62,225 bases of DNA, filler included, from Circinaria calcarea (GCA_051942165.1; 10 parts of 10 records of this genome joined end to end with filler, not necessarily neighbours in it), one strand, 5' to 3'. Counted from the first letter of the whole stretch, positions 35,520-49,162 are shown. The notes: a model not told the origin generated them from the sequence alone. Program-made: numbers and translations.

Positions 35520-36432
35520 ATGTCTGATCGGGAGTTTGGGGGTATGTGACCACTTGCATGCCGCGGGGCTTCAGTTAGCTGACATACGGAAAGGCAGCGA
35601 TGATTTGACCCTTCCAAAAGGTAAGCTGACGCTCGACGGCCTCCCGTCGAATATTAAGGCATTCGAAATGAAGTCTACGAAATATATAAATGAGCTGAGG
35701 AAGGTCCGGGGCTTGCGAATCAGCCTGTTAAGTCAAATATCTCCAACTTGGGGAACTCAGAGGACTTTGCTTGAGTTGGATGGATCGGAGAAGAGAATAA
35801 ACAGCACGGCTATGGTGTTCTCTAGTGGGTGGGAAACTATACGCATTCCTAAGCCACGACACAGGAACACGCATGTGGCCATGAATCCGCCAGAGCTAGT
35901 TTTCTGCTCCTTCTGCAGGCTGGAGCTATTGATGCTGTTTACGTGGCTGTTTGCTTTATGACAATATGTTACTAGAACTCAACTGACTATCACAACTGTA
36001 GCAACCATACAAAAGATTATCACTGAAATCCTTGGTGACAAATCAGGCCTCACGTTCGGTAAAGATGCCCGCGACCTCCTGATCGACTGCAGCGTTGAGT
36101 TTATCACACTCATCTCCTCCGAAGCCAACGAGATAGCGGAGAAGGAAGCGAAGAAGACGATAGCAGCGGAGCATATTGATAAGGCTTTGAGAGAGCTAGG
36201 GTTTCCGGAATATGTACCAGAAGTATTGGCTGTGGCCGGGGAGCATAAGGAGCAGTTGAGGGTGAGGTTATCAGAGGGCTGTTTGGTTCGGGTGATACTG
36301 ACTATATGGCAGACACGAGAAAAGAAGACGAGCAAGATGGAACAGAGTGGACTCTCCGAGGAAGAGTTACTCAAGCAGCAACAAGAGCTGTTTCGGTCCG
36401 CAACAGACAAGTATAACTCCGGACCTGGATGA
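35520..36432 (+). CDS. NCB2: Negative cofactor 2 beta subunit (NC2-beta/Dr1)
   Basis: Exons 35520-35541, 35594-35620, 36002-36261 and 36313-36432 give MSDREFGGSDDLTLPKATIQKII..DARDLLIDCSVEFITLISSEANEIAEKEAKKTIAAEHI..ELLKQQQELF (histone fold). Confidence 0.93.
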
Positions 36433-36943
36433 AAGATTGATATGCTTGAGAATGCTTTTGACATTTAGACTCTTGTTGGCATAAGCAGGGGCTAAAGGAT
36501 TGTTTGGGCATGGAATACCCGCCAATGACATACAGCACAGTTACTAAATACCCAATCCCAGAGTGACATTTGAACACCCCACATTATCCTCCCGCTTCGT
36601 GTCTTGGGTAATACAACGATTGAATTACTTTGTTCAACTGGATATAACTAAGGCCAATGCAGACTTTGATGAACCGAGCCATACAAATACCATATGATAC
36701 TCAAGGCACCGCCAAAAAAATCGGCCCGAGCATGTCTACACTAAAGGGTTGTCCTCCTGGTACATATTTGCGCCGCTGTAGCTTGGATAATAGAAAATAT
36801 AGTTCCAAATTACCTGTGATATCTAAAAGGGAACAAAAGCCCATGTTCAAGTAATCAGCCCTAAAACTAAAACCCCTCCTCCCCCAGCTTGTACTCGCTC
36901 ATCAGCGAAAAAATGAAAGAAGAAAATGGGAAAAAAAGAAAAA

Positions 36944-37041
36944 CGGTCATGCTGAGGCTTGAACTCAGAACCTCCCGATTGCGAAATCGAACATGAGAAT
37001 TCCTAACAGTCGGACGCGCTAACCAGTTGCGCCACACGACC
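36944..37041 (-). tRNA. tRNA-Asn(GTT) with 24-nt intron (36980-37003)
   Basis: Acceptor stem GGTCGTG/CATGACC, D-arm GCGC/GCGC, anticodon arm TCCGA-CT-GTT-A[intron]A-TCGGG, T-arm CTGAG-TTCAAGC-CTCAG, then an oligo-T Pol III terminator. Confidence 0.95.
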
Positions 37042-37470
37042 TGTCAGATGATGGTAGAAATTCTAATTTTATTAAATATTGATTCATATAACAAAGGATG
37101 CCGGACTTGGAGTAATTAAGGCCTTGGCGAAAGACAAGATTATTATCCTGTTTATGTAGGAGAACTATTTCATGAGGGTTGAAGATCGAGATAACTGTTA
37201 TGCATCTTGTGATATAAACCACCTCTAACGAATTGGTATACTCTGTCGACAGGTCAAGAGTTCCTCAACTGCGTCGACTCCACCGCATTTCCATGAGTGT
37301 CCAATCACCCCTATAGCACCACACTACTCTACCGCCATCTCAACACNNNNNNNNNNNNNNNNNNNNNNNNNNNNNNNNNNNNNNNNNNNNTTAATTAATT
37401 AANNNNNNNNNNNNNNNNNNNNNNNNNNNNNNNNNNNNNNNNNNNNGTCTCGGAATTAACTTTTAAAAAG

Positions 37471-37653
37471 AGTCCCGGAACAGTAGACAACGCCTACGGC
37501 TACTCTGCCAGTGTAGCTTTGAGCGCTTCCGCGGCGCTTGCGAATGCAGATACCTATGCGCTATATTCCAATGGTGCGTGCCTACAGTTTATACCATCAA
37601 ATGTGGAGACCTGGATGCTGAATTGTTCAATAGCTATCTACGTTGGCTGCTAG
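37471..37653 (+). CDS. Deuterolysin (M35 neutral protease 2), last exons
   Basis: SPGTVDNAYGYSASVALSASAALANADTYALYSN|AIYVGC* matches the M35 C-terminal pattern PGTxD..YG..NAD(S/T)YALY.NAI...C. Not in the ORF track. Confidence 0.75.
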   Translation, partial: SPGTVDNAYGYSASVALSASAALANADTYALYSNGACLQFIPSNVETWMLNCSIAIYVGC

Positions 37654-38471
37654 AGAAGGTGCCATGCCCATGATGATTGGCAACATGGATTGGAGGTAGG
37701 ATGGGTTCAGTTGGTACCCAAGGGGATGATGCTAGGAAAGGCCTTTAGGATGGAAAATAGCACGCTGAGATATAGTGATACTGATATGTTGTGATGTAAT
37801 TAGTTTACGCTTTCAGTTTGTACTTGCTCGCCTAGAAATAGTGCTTATTGTAAAATCCCTTCCCTTTTCCATGACTTCTGTGGATGAAGTACTATGCCTA
37901 CCCCTATTATTCAGGACAGCATAGTATTCTCGATAGGTTTATCCTGTTTGCATCACTTGGAATAGTTAGTTGGTGCCGACGCAAGCCGCTCAGATGTCTC
38001 AGTATAACTGGCGAGGCATGTGAATTTCTTTAACGAGGAGTTTGGTTGGTAAATAGCGTCGTCCACCATAAGCATAGAAAGGCTTTTCGGTAGCCAATAT
38101 CAATTATTATTATAATAATATTTTGCTAACCACCAGGAGTGCTGTCCTCTACGTATCCTGGGGTTTGCTTTCTACGGAGACTACCGGCCCCCCCTACTCT
38201 ATAGGATCACTCGGCTATCTGAGCGGATCTTGCACATCCCGGCGCTAGCTTGAATAGATATGCCCTAGAATTGATTACGACGATGAAAGACGAAAGCAGC
38301 GAAAAGACATCGGGGGCGCGTCTGAACTGAAATACTCGCCTTTGGTGCAGACGTTGAGGTTCAAAGGAGCTTAAACCATTCACCCAAATGTTGGCCATCA
38401 ATGATGTATATAGAGAACAAACATCATTCCCTACCGAGGCTTTGAGCGCGTCCTGGTGACTTCAACTAGAA

Positions 38472-41400
38472 ATGCTTCTACTTCGCCAAATTCGGACGCT
38501 GATATGGAAGAACATCCTGATTGCCCTGATTCGTCATCCAGTCTCGACACCTCTCCGAGCCTTTCTTCTACCAGTTGTCTTTGCTTGGGTATACGCTCAA
38601 GAAGCCGCAGAATTAGCAAGAAAACCGAGCAAGACTGACGAGTGCTGCAGTTCCTTAGCTACGCTCGCAATTTATTCATACCTCCGTCCATCTATGGTAT
38701 TGGGGAAGCTCATCCTATAAGGTCTATCGGAGATGCCTTTAGCGCGGCTGGAGGAGGACGGAACATTCTAGCGCTTGTGAACAACGGGTTTAACGGGGGC
38801 GATATCAGCAATGTGATCAACCAGATTGCTAGTGAGGCAAGGGCAGAGGGAAAGGACGTACGGATACTGGACCGGCAGGATGATCTACTCTCGACATGTC
38901 GAAACTCGTTGCGTGGTGCATCTCCATGCATCGCAGGTGTGGTCTTCTATTCGTCACCCACCGAAGGCCCAGGTGGGATCTGGAATTACACACTACGCGC
39001 AGACGGGGCTTTAGGATCTAAGATTGACGTGACCTCCACGCAAAATGACCAGGAAATCTATGTCCTCCCTCTTCAGCACGCGATCGATTTTGCGATAGCC
39101 TCGAGTAACTCTACGATAGATCAAACAACTCTGAGAAGTCAAGAAGTTTATGAATATCCTTATACTTCAGAAACGCAGCAGGAGAGGGCCGACACGATAA
39201 GGGTAAGATACATGAGCGGAATTATACAAATACTAGGCGTTGCCTTCTTCATCGGCATTTGTGGTATGTTGGTAGTCTTCGCTGTAGTGGCTTCAAGGGG
39301 TGCTAATAGAATACTATTAGGTGTTACCTATCAATTGACTGGAATGATGGTAATGGAACCTATTCTTGCGTATATGACAAAATGCCTGACCGGTGCTACA
39401 GGCGTCCGAACGTGAAAGTCAGATGTCCCAATTGATTGAGTGCATGATGCCAAATTCTCGTCGCTGGCAGCCACAATGTGCGCGATTATCCAGCTATCAT
39501 CTGTCATTCTCTTTGATATATTTACCAGGGTGGGTAATTATCGCGGTTATACTAGGTCTTGGTGTTTTTCAAAGAACGTCGCTTGGTGTTTTGATCGTCC
39601 TACATGTATTGACAGGTCTCTCTCTTTCCTCGTTCTCCATCTTCATAGCCGCCTTCTTCAAGCGGAGCCAACTATCTGGTATAATCGCTGTTATAGCTTC
39701 ACTGCTGCTAGCAGTCGTAGCGCAGGTCACCGCAACTGCGAGTACTGGAGCAGGTAATTACTTCCCCGTATACTGAGCTAGCTATTGAGTAACTAATCGT
39801 CTAATAGTTGCCGTCCTAAGTTTGCTCTTTCCTTCTATGAACTATACATTCTTCATTATACTCATGGCTCGTTGGGAAAGTCAAAATACCGCCACAGACT
39901 TGATAAAACAGGCACCGGAAAACCCATGGACGACTCCGGGGATTGTTCTTTGGATATTTTTGATTATCCAGATCTTTGCATTCCCCATACTAGGCGCAAT
40001 CATAGAACGTTTGCTATGGGGTACATCCTCCAATGGCCAACGTAGCTTATCCGAAGGCACTTCTGAAGCTGCTGTGAGATTGACTGGATTCACAAAGCAA
40101 TACAGGCCAACTTGGTTTGCTCGTAACATCGTTTCTCGCCTGACTCGCAAAAGGAAGGAAACCGTGGTTGCAGTTAAGGATCTTAGCATGACAGTTTTGC
40201 GTGGTCAGATTATGGTGCTTCTGGGTGCTAATGGCAGGTAGGAATAATACAGCTCAGGTAGATTCAACATAGAGCTAACGCGAACCCTATTTATAGTGGC
40301 AAATCGACAACGCTTGATGCTATTGCCGGTTTAACAACAATAACAAACGGGACAATCGAGGTTGACGGTACTCGAGGCATCGGCCTCTGTCCTCAAAAGA
40401 ATGTACTATTCAACGATCTGACCGTTGAAGAAAATGTCATGGTCTTCAATCGATTAAAATCTATAGATGCCCCAGCGTCAAAGGAAGAGATCAAAGATCT
40501 CATCAAACGGTGTGATCTCGACCGGAAAATTGGATCTCGGGCAGGCTCTTTATCAGGCGGTCAGATGAGTACGAGAACCCTTGCTTCCGAGTCATAAGCC
40601 TCTAGACTGACACTTTCTCAGGAAAACTTCAGCTTAGCTTGATGTTAATAGGCGGCTCCCACGTATGCCTCATTGACGAATGCAGTAGTGGGGTAGATGC
40701 ATTGGCTAGAGGCCGCCTGAATGCCATAATCCTCGACGAGCGAAGTCGTTCAAATCGAACTATAATCTTCACAACCCATTTCCTGGACGAGGCAGATGCT
40801 TTGTCTGATGTAATTAGTATTATGTCCAAGGGCTCGCTAAAGATGAATGGGACAGCGCCGGAGATCAAAGCTATGCTTGGCTTCTATCGCATCCACCTGT
40901 TCCATATTCCCGCAGAACAGGCGCCTAACTTCGAAAATGTCATTCGGAAAGACATGTATGACCAGTCGATATACATAGTACCAAATTCAGCTCAAGCAGC
41001 AGATATTCTCATAAGATTGGAAGAGGAAGGTTTCAAAGAGTATCAGATTAGTGGACCTACCATCGAAGATGCATTTATGAAGATAGCAGAAGAGATGGCT
41101 GACTCGGAAGTATCATTACAAGCTACGACGCTAGTAGATAACGGCATAGACAAGAACAAATCCTTAGAAAAGAATTCCGCAGTGGCTGGGCTTGAACAAA
41201 TAAATGATCAAGAGCTTCAACTACTGACGGGTACTCGCCTGCATCCAATTCGTCAGAGCTTCATTCTTTTCCGCAAACGGGCTACGGTCTTTCGACGAAA
41301 TGCTCTCCCGAACTTGGCAACCTTTCTCATTGTAAGCATTATCTTCCTAGATCTTACCGTTGAGGCTGACATCAGCTTAGCCGGTCATTGCCGCAGGGCT

Positions 41401-43570
41401 CGCCTCAATCTATCTCAAGGGCTTCACTGGCGCAGGTACGGAATAGTCGAAGTGAATATATGCGAAGGGACGCTGATATTGACAGGGTGCTCTCCAACGG
41501 ATCGAATATCTGCATCAGACGTATCTTCTTTGGCGTCCCAGGTCAATTACAGTCTCGTCATCGGCCCCTCGTCGCGAGTCTCTACCAACGAGATCGATAG
41601 AATCCTATCGACGCTACTAAGTGGAGAGTCATCTGCCGCTGCAGGTGATGGTACATCCTCCCTACCGTCCTCCGTGCGACTGGTCGATAGTCTTTCGGAA
41701 CTAAATAGTTACGTTAACCTTCATTATGGAAATGTGACTCCAGGGGCCATCTACTTAGGGGACCAGAGTTCCCCGCCAACAATCGCTTATCAAGGTAATG
41801 GTGACATCTCCCTAGCGGTAATCACCCAAAATATACTCGACACGTTACTCACGATACCCATTGCCACACAATACTCCAGTTTTGATACACCCTGGCAAGC
41901 CAATCAAGGAGATACGCTACAATTTTGTGTCTATCTGGGGCTAGCGCTAGCTATATATCCGGCCTTCTTCAGCCTGTATCCCACTGTAGAGAGGCTCAGG
42001 AATGTGAGAGGGCTTCATTACTCTAACGGTGTGCGTGCGCTTCCTCTTTGGTTAGCATACATCTTGTATGACTTTTGTTTTGTGCTGGCGGGGTCTGTTG
42101 TCTCGATTATCATCCTCAGAGCTCGTTCAGACGCCTGGTAGTACGTGGTCTCCGTTGCAACGCCTGTGGACTTTTCCCAATCTAACGATGTCAATAGTTA
42201 CCCTGGATATCTCTTCGTTGTACTATTCTTATATGGTAGTACGTGGTGATTCCAGCGTCACCTCTATAAAGTCTTATGCGTCTAACAGCGTTACCAGTTA
42301 CTTCTACACTCTACTCCTATGTGGTTTCACTATTTGCAAAATCGCAAGTAAGTCAGAAGTGGTCACCTAACAGTCTACTATGTGTTAACACCCTATAGCT
42401 TGCGGCCTTTGCTATCGCTGCCGGTAGTCAGGCGGTTATGTTCCTATTGTATATAATTGCGTACCTAAGCGTGCTCACATATGGTATTCATTCTACCCTT
42501 CGCATACCATGACCGTATCTGACGAAGGGCTTCTAGCACCCGTGGATAAAATCGATTCGTACTTGCTTATTGTACACTTTACCATTGGCTTCTTCTTCCC
42601 TACGGCAAATCTTATTCGCGCCCTCTTTGTTTCTCTGAATATATTCTCCATCATTTGTAGAGACAGATCGGTAGCCTCAGAGCCGAATGGAATAACTATT
42701 TACGGAGGGCCTCTCCTTTATCTAATTATACAAGCTATGATACTGTTCGTCATGCTTGTCTGGTGGGATAGCGGATCTACGCTTGGTAGTTTGTTCCGCA
42801 GAAAGGTCTTCAAAATGGATGACGCCGAGGGGATCGATTCCAAGAATGAAGAGATTAGCACCGAGATTGCTCGGGTCGACACCTCCACAGACGATGGCCT
42901 TCGTGTTTTACACATCAGTAAATCTTTTGGCCGCAACAAGGCAGTTCAAGATATCAGCTTTGGGGTCAAGAGGGGTGAGGTCTTTGCTCTCCTTGGTCCC
43001 AACGGCGCTGGTAAAAGTACCACGATAAGCATGATCCGTGGCGACATACGACCGTCCAATAATGGTGGAGATATATTCATTGAAAATATCTCCGTCATTA
43101 AGCACCGGGCCGCCGCCCGTCAGGTAAGCCTTTCGCTTTGTGTCTCAACCTGCTTACCACGCATTATTATACCTATATTAACTCCCATTCTCACAGGCTC
43201 TTGGAGTATGTCCGCAGTTTGACGCAATTGATCAGATGACCGTGCTCGAGCATCTACGCTTTTACGCTCGGATTAGGGGCGTCAGCAAGATTGAGCACAA
43301 TGTGCATGAGATAATCCGAGCGGTGGGGCTAGGGCCCTTCCAGACAAGAATGGCGGCAAGCCTCAGTGGGGGAAACAAGCGGAAACTCTCTCTAGGGATT
43401 GCACTGATGGGGAATCCGAGAGTCTTACTCCTTGACGAACCCTCATCTGGGATGGACGTTGCTGCTAAGCGTGTGATGTGGAAGACACTAGCAAGTGTAG
43501 TTGCAGGCCGCAGCATCGTTTTAACTACACATTCGATGGAAGAGGCTGATGCCCTGGCATCTCGTGCAGG
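38472..43570 (+). CDS. Full-size ABC transporter, ABCA subfamily, multi-exon, 3'-truncated
   Basis: N-terminal RQIRTLIWKN. NBD1 LLGANG|SGKST, LSGGQ, TTHFLDEAD. NBD2 LLGPNGAGKST, LSGGNKRKLSLGIAL, LLDEPSSGMD, TTHSMEEA. Confidence 0.93.
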
Positions 43571-43907
43571 NNNNNNNNNNNNNNNNNNNNNNNNNNNNNN
43601 NNNNNNNNNNNNNNTTAATTAATTAANNNNNNNNNNNNNNNNNNNNNNNNNNNNNNNNNNNNNNNNNNNNTGCAAAAATTCCAATGAGCAGAGTACAAAG
43701 CAGAAAGCGGAAAGCGGAAAGCATCAAAGGGCCTCTGTATGCTATCTATACAACTGACCCCCGCTTCAGGATCGTCGCTTCGTTTTGCATAGGACCATTT
43801 CCATCATTCCATCTATTATTTGCACTAATGTAATTACTCGCTGGCGGTACAGTTTCTTTCCCCCTGATCCACTGTTTCGCCTTCCCCCCCACACCCCAGG
43901 CGCGCAA

Positions 43908-45528
43908 TCACCCACCAGCCGCAAACGGGCTTCTCGCCCTCAACACCACCCCATACCTCCACAGCACGACCGGCATCACAGCCCCAACCCCGAGCGCCAC
44001 AAACCCCAGAACACTATTTCCCCACCCATACCCCAATGACGAATACATGTGTGGCGCAAAGAGTGGGAAGCCAAACCCGGCGAGACACCGCGTCACGTTT
44101 AGCGTGGACAAAGCGGAGGCGGCGTATCGGGTGTAGGCATCGATGGTGTAAGTCTGGATATTCTGAAAGCAGATAATGACGCCGCAGCAGAAGATGGCGG
44201 CGCCGATGTTGGGCAGGATCCAATGCGTGTGGAGTTGGGCCGTCCAGCCGTACCAGAAGAGTCCGAGGGGAACGGCGAGGGAGCCTGGGACCATGAGGGG
44301 GATACGGAATTCCGGGAGTCCGAGTCCGTGGTTGCGTTTCTTTAGTCTTGTGTAAATGAGGTCGTTGAGAGGTCCGTTGACTGTCGGTGATAAGCTTTTA
44401 TAACTCGTGGGGTCTGTGTACGTAAGAGGGGGGTTTTACTTTGAGAACCCAAGATAAATCCAATAGCTATGGAGATGTAGTTCAAAGTTCCGGAACCGAC
44501 AGATTGATGGTAGCGATTTGTCCAGAGTAGGGGGAAAGTAAAAAGGAGCAAAAACATGATGCCATAGAGAATTGCCATGTAAAGGGCGAGTAGCTGCATA
44601 ATTGCTTGAGTACCAATCATTCGAAGCGGCCGAATAAGATTCGTTCTGATCAGCTTAACTAATGTCTTGTCCGGGTCATCGAATTCGGTTTTATACTTGG
44701 AACCTCCATTTTTCCTTTGGAGTCGCTGGGCCTTTCTGGCAAGTATTTTCGGTGTATATGTCTCTTTGAGAAGGAATATCGCAATGACTTGCAGCAAAGC
44801 GTCGCCGATTGAAACGGCCCAAAAAACCCATCTCCAGACCGTATACTGCGTAATATATCCGCCTATAATAGGCCCTATGGCCGGGCCGAGGAGAGGCCCG
44901 GCGGTGTAAATAGCAATGACCTTCCCTCTTTCTTCAGGTTTCCACAAGTCACTGATAAGCCCTCCTCCTATAGCCGTAGGGGCACTGGCCCCTAAGCCGC
45001 TCAGAAAGCGAAATGCCGTTAGCTGGCCCTTGGTGCGGGCAAACCCACAGGCAACACTCCAGACTAGATAGAAGAGATTCCCGATTTGTAACACTGGCAC
45101 CCGTCCATTCATTTCAGATACGGGGCCCAGAACGAGCGGGCCAAACCCGAGGCCGAGTAGGAAAACGGATAGGATGATCTCTACTTCAGCGGGGCTATTG
45201 ATGCCCAAGTCCGAAGCAATGGCAGCTGTGGATGGAGATATCATGGTGCTGGACAAAGGAGTAAAAAAGGTAAAGGAGGAGACAATGAGGGTAGCAACCC
45301 ATCGTTTACTAGTTGGCCAATTTTTGGGATTCTCAGGATCGTCCGGACTATCCCAAGTCAGCTATAGGAAAGCATTCTCGTAAGCAAAAGGCTCAAAAAT
45401 GAAGTAGGATGTGATTGACAAACTAGATTCAGATTGACTGGAGGCGGGGAATCGGCTGTGTCTTTGACAGGGACATTGACAGCCCCTATGTCTGAAGTGT
45501 TCTTTTCACCGAGGTTGGTCGTAGCCAT
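43908..45528 (-). CDS. MFS drug:H+ antiporter (DHA1 family)
   Basis: WDSPDDPENPKNWP, GPVSEMNGR, DLWKPEERG, GPAIGPIIGG..WRW, KETY and GLPEFRIP. Two introns. Confidence 0.92.
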
Positions 45529-46556
45529 GGTGGTTTGGGTGAAGTAGTTCTTGCGGTTTCTCCCAAGGCAGTAGAGACAAAAAGACTATTTGGGTAGTTG
45601 GGAAACCTCTTTGGGAGGAGATAGGAGAGCACCGACATCTTGACCAGTTGCTGGACTGCATACCTTGACCAGTTGGCGGTGTCATTTAATTTGGCGTTTG
45701 ATACGGTATCAAAAGGGGGAAACAAATAAGACTTGGGCTGTAAACTATCAGAAACCGGATGAGGAGTAGCTTGTGATCTCCTGCACTGTGTTTCCCGAAT
45801 GACGCGCTTCTGCCTGTGTCGGAGGCAGATTCAACCCCGTACTGTATGCTTCATTAGCTCGGATGTGACTTTGTTGTCGTTGCCTCAGCCGTCGGATCGG
45901 CTCTTCGGGCCTACTCGGGTGTGCCCGTTGTCAGCTTGTGGGGCCGCAGAGACTAGAGGATTGCTTGCATTGTATTGGCGGGACGCCTTAGCCTTGCATC
46001 CCGTCGGCCCCCACTCTCAACGCTCGACATGACACAGGTAAAAGCGGTTTGACTCGTAGCGGTTAAAGACGAGGCAAGGCCGAGACGGGGATCTTCGACA
46101 AGTCAAAGCTGTCGGCCTTCGGAAATCCCGCGGAACTGCCACAGACCCTGGCCTTGTACGCAGGTGCCAGGGTAACACTATGGGATCTGGTAATATCAGC
46201 TGTCTCTGCTGTTGCCTACCAGAGGAGGGGAGGTAGACTGCGCCGTTTAATGGCCACGAATCAACCCTCGAGGTACCAAGTGAAGGGAAATCTTTGCCTT
46301 CTCACGGCGCACAGTCTTCTGATGTGATTGCATCGCTGAGGTTGCAGCAATGGAGCTGGTCAAGTAAGGCATCAGGTATTTAATCAGCTCATCGCCTTGG
46401 TCCGTCTCCTCTATCCTCAGAATCCGGAAAACACTGTCACAACAAGTAAACGTTCAAACAAGTCTCATCCCAAGGTGGGTGGATACCACTCACCTGGTTT
46501 TACCCATGCGTATCAACACTAATATCTCGGCAGCAACACCCTCAGCATCCGACACC

Positions 46557-46745
46557 ATGCACGGTTCTTCATCCCAAACCACTGTTGCTCAGATATTGAA
46601 GAAGGCAAGCGAGGATAAGCGTGAGCAGCCTTGGAAAACGGCTGTCGCTGATGTCTCCGAATCCAACATGCCATTTGGGGATGGGTCTGAGCCTGTCAAG
46701 ACCGGCGGACCTCTGGATGTCATGACCAATTTCTTCACCGTTTAA
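46557..46745 (+). CDS. Putative 62-aa microprotein with introns in both UTRs
   Basis: CACC-ATG context. 5' intron GTGGGT..CTAAT..CAG (about 46475-46533) and 3' intron GTACGT..CTAAT..CAG (46760-46825). Confidence 0.55.
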   Translation: MHGSSSQTTVAQILKKASEDKREQPWKTAVADVSESNMPFGDGSEPVKTGGPLDVMTNFFTV

Positions 46746-47279
46746 GGAGAAATGGCTTGGTACGTACTTTTCTAATCATGTTTCTTGGGGAAAGGCCTCG
46801 CTATCTAATTACTAATTGTGTGCAGTCTAATTTGATTACGTTTTGGTAGATCTGGAAGGGCAGCCTCGCAGCGCTTTGGTTACAGAGGCCTTAACATTAG
46901 CGTAAAGATACCTACAACTGCCTTTTGTTTTGTTCTCGTTCGGCTCCGTTACTTGGCTCTATCATTGCTACAGTTTTTGTTATAATTTATTCTATTAGTT
47001 GCCTATTCTTTATATCTTACTTAGAAAATCCATACAGTCTTTACCTACAATTAATAATCCCTATCGTTGTCCGTAAGCCTTTAGCATGCATTAATGCTAT
47101 CTAAGTAAAATGTAATCTATTCAATAACTTGCTTTCAATCGGTGCTACGGGTTTTCCTCGCGTAATTTTATAAATGGAAGTAATTACTGACTGCGAATTC
47201 CAATTATACATTAACGATTTTTTGCTTCAAAACTCAACCTTCCCCATGCAGTATGTCTTGCTGTTCCCCACCCCCGCCT

Positions 47280-48386
47280 CTATTTCTGTGGATAAGTAAA
47301 AACCAGGGCTCTAACCTCTACACTTTCACGTAAAGGCGTGGTTGAGGTGACGCCCTTATGCTTGAAAGCTGCGTGCGGGCAATCTATAATCTATTAGAAC
47401 ATCATTGAGTAATGAGCGGCCCTTGACCAGCTGGGGATTATACAGCTAGCTTTGACATCGGGATCGGTGTCGAATTGTTTGAAAATCAAAGCCTCGTCAG
47501 TCTTCTGTTTATGCAGGTAATACCATGTATGAGTCTCTCTATACAAGGCATACATATTTGCCCCAACGTTGCCTCGCCTTACGTTGTCAGTTTCGACGAG
47601 ATCCTCCATGTTCATTGTGGTACCATCGCAGACTGCTAATGGCCAGTCCTCTACGGAATGCTCAAGTGGCCGCCAAATGCTATCGTTTCTCTCAGCGTCT
47701 AGAACATAACAGAGGATTTATAAAGCAAACTTGAGAATTCTCACGCGTCCTTGTAAGAGATACTCAGCCTCATCTGCTAGATGTTTTTGTACAAGCTTAA
47801 TAGCTGATACAGGTGATGCGTCTAGAGCAACATTGAGGTTAGCATGCCTAGTATCTTCCCCGTGATGCAGTACTTACCAATGTGCGCAAAATTTGCCGGC
47901 AGTAATTTATCTGACAGGTCTTTGAGGTCGAGAGTCTCCTTTTTCGCAGTCGAATCAGAGGCACTTCGAAACTGAACAGAATAGTTGGATTAGCTCAGAG
48001 GACCCGGTGAGATTTGACGCCCTATGCAAATATCTTACTCTCCAGTCATAGAAGAAAACTCTGTCAACGCCCTCGACTTCACTCTTGACAAGCCTCTCAA
48101 TCTTAGGTAGATACGCAGACTCCATGTTTGAGGCATCCAGTTTCTCAAGATCTGGCGTTACAGAGAGCCGTCGAGCCATGAATCCATGAGTATCGAGGGC
48201 GAATTCGGACCCGTGCTCGCGAATGTTTCGTACGACAACCTCCTTTTTCTCGAAAGTTAGGTTTGTCTTGCGTTGATCGGGAGCATCAGGAGGTAGTTCC
48301 AAAAAAAGTTGGAACGGCTTCTCGCGCAAATATAGATTAGTCCATGTTAGATATTGAAGTGTCACCGTCTCGCCCCGAGAATCCAT
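47280..48386 (-). CDS. AsaB/CmcJ-like (7-alpha-cephem-methoxylase P8-related) tailoring enzyme
   Basis: LYLREKPF, TNLTF, FALDTHGF, VFFYDWR, WRPLEH..DWPLAVCDGT, WYYLHKQ..EALIFKQFD, CPHAAF and RESVEVRALVF. Multi-exon. Confidence 0.85.
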
Positions 48387-49162
48387 AGGTGTGTAGCTTA
48401 TGCTTTGCTTGATGAATAACAATAAGAGATAACGATTGCTTCTTTGTTCTTGGTATTTGTTGATGCGAAAGACGACGACGATGCAGATAGCTAATTGCCC
48501 AATCTCGAGAACATCAGAAAAAGATAAAATGCCGGAAATTTCAAAGGTGGGTCGCCAATTCTCATGGCTGTTCGCACTCATCAGGAGACAATAGTGCTAC
48601 CTAAAATAAGCGGATACGGGTGGCAAGGATCTTTGCCGTACCCTAAACCTCTGGGCAGGGTTTTCGTAGAAGATGGGGTTGCTCGTGCTTCGGATCCCGG
48701 TGCCTTTCCGATAGCGTCTTGTGTGGAGGTTAATTCGCGCAGTGGGTACACAATGCTACCCTCTGCCAACCCCTGGGCGGTACTGAGATGGTGTGCAGCT
48801 CAGCCGAAAAAAAGAACCGAGGACTAATGTACTCGTGCATGGGGCGGTGAATGCAAATCAAAACTTGCACGCAAGGAAAGTAGCATTGATAGGCACAACT
48901 AGATGATGGTGTATCCCGAATGGAAATCTTGGTTCTTCAACGTAGGTGGCAGAGCGGAGGATTGCTCCAATTGACGCCTAGGGTCCAAATCACGAGGCCA
49001 ATGCAATTAACTGCAAGTACGTTGGCGATGGACATTATGGCAGACATTCGTTACGGTGTACTCCTATTGAAATACTTAAGAGCACGATGTGCCAAAGCAT
49101 TGATATTATTTTCAAGACAGAACTATGTGAACATTTCTAGCACCAACCCGTATCGTCGGTGC

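Noticed and set aside
35536..35961. 141-aa ORF overlapping NCB2 introns
   Set aside because: It has a non-ATG start, reads through exon 2 into intron 2, and shows no recognisable protein features.
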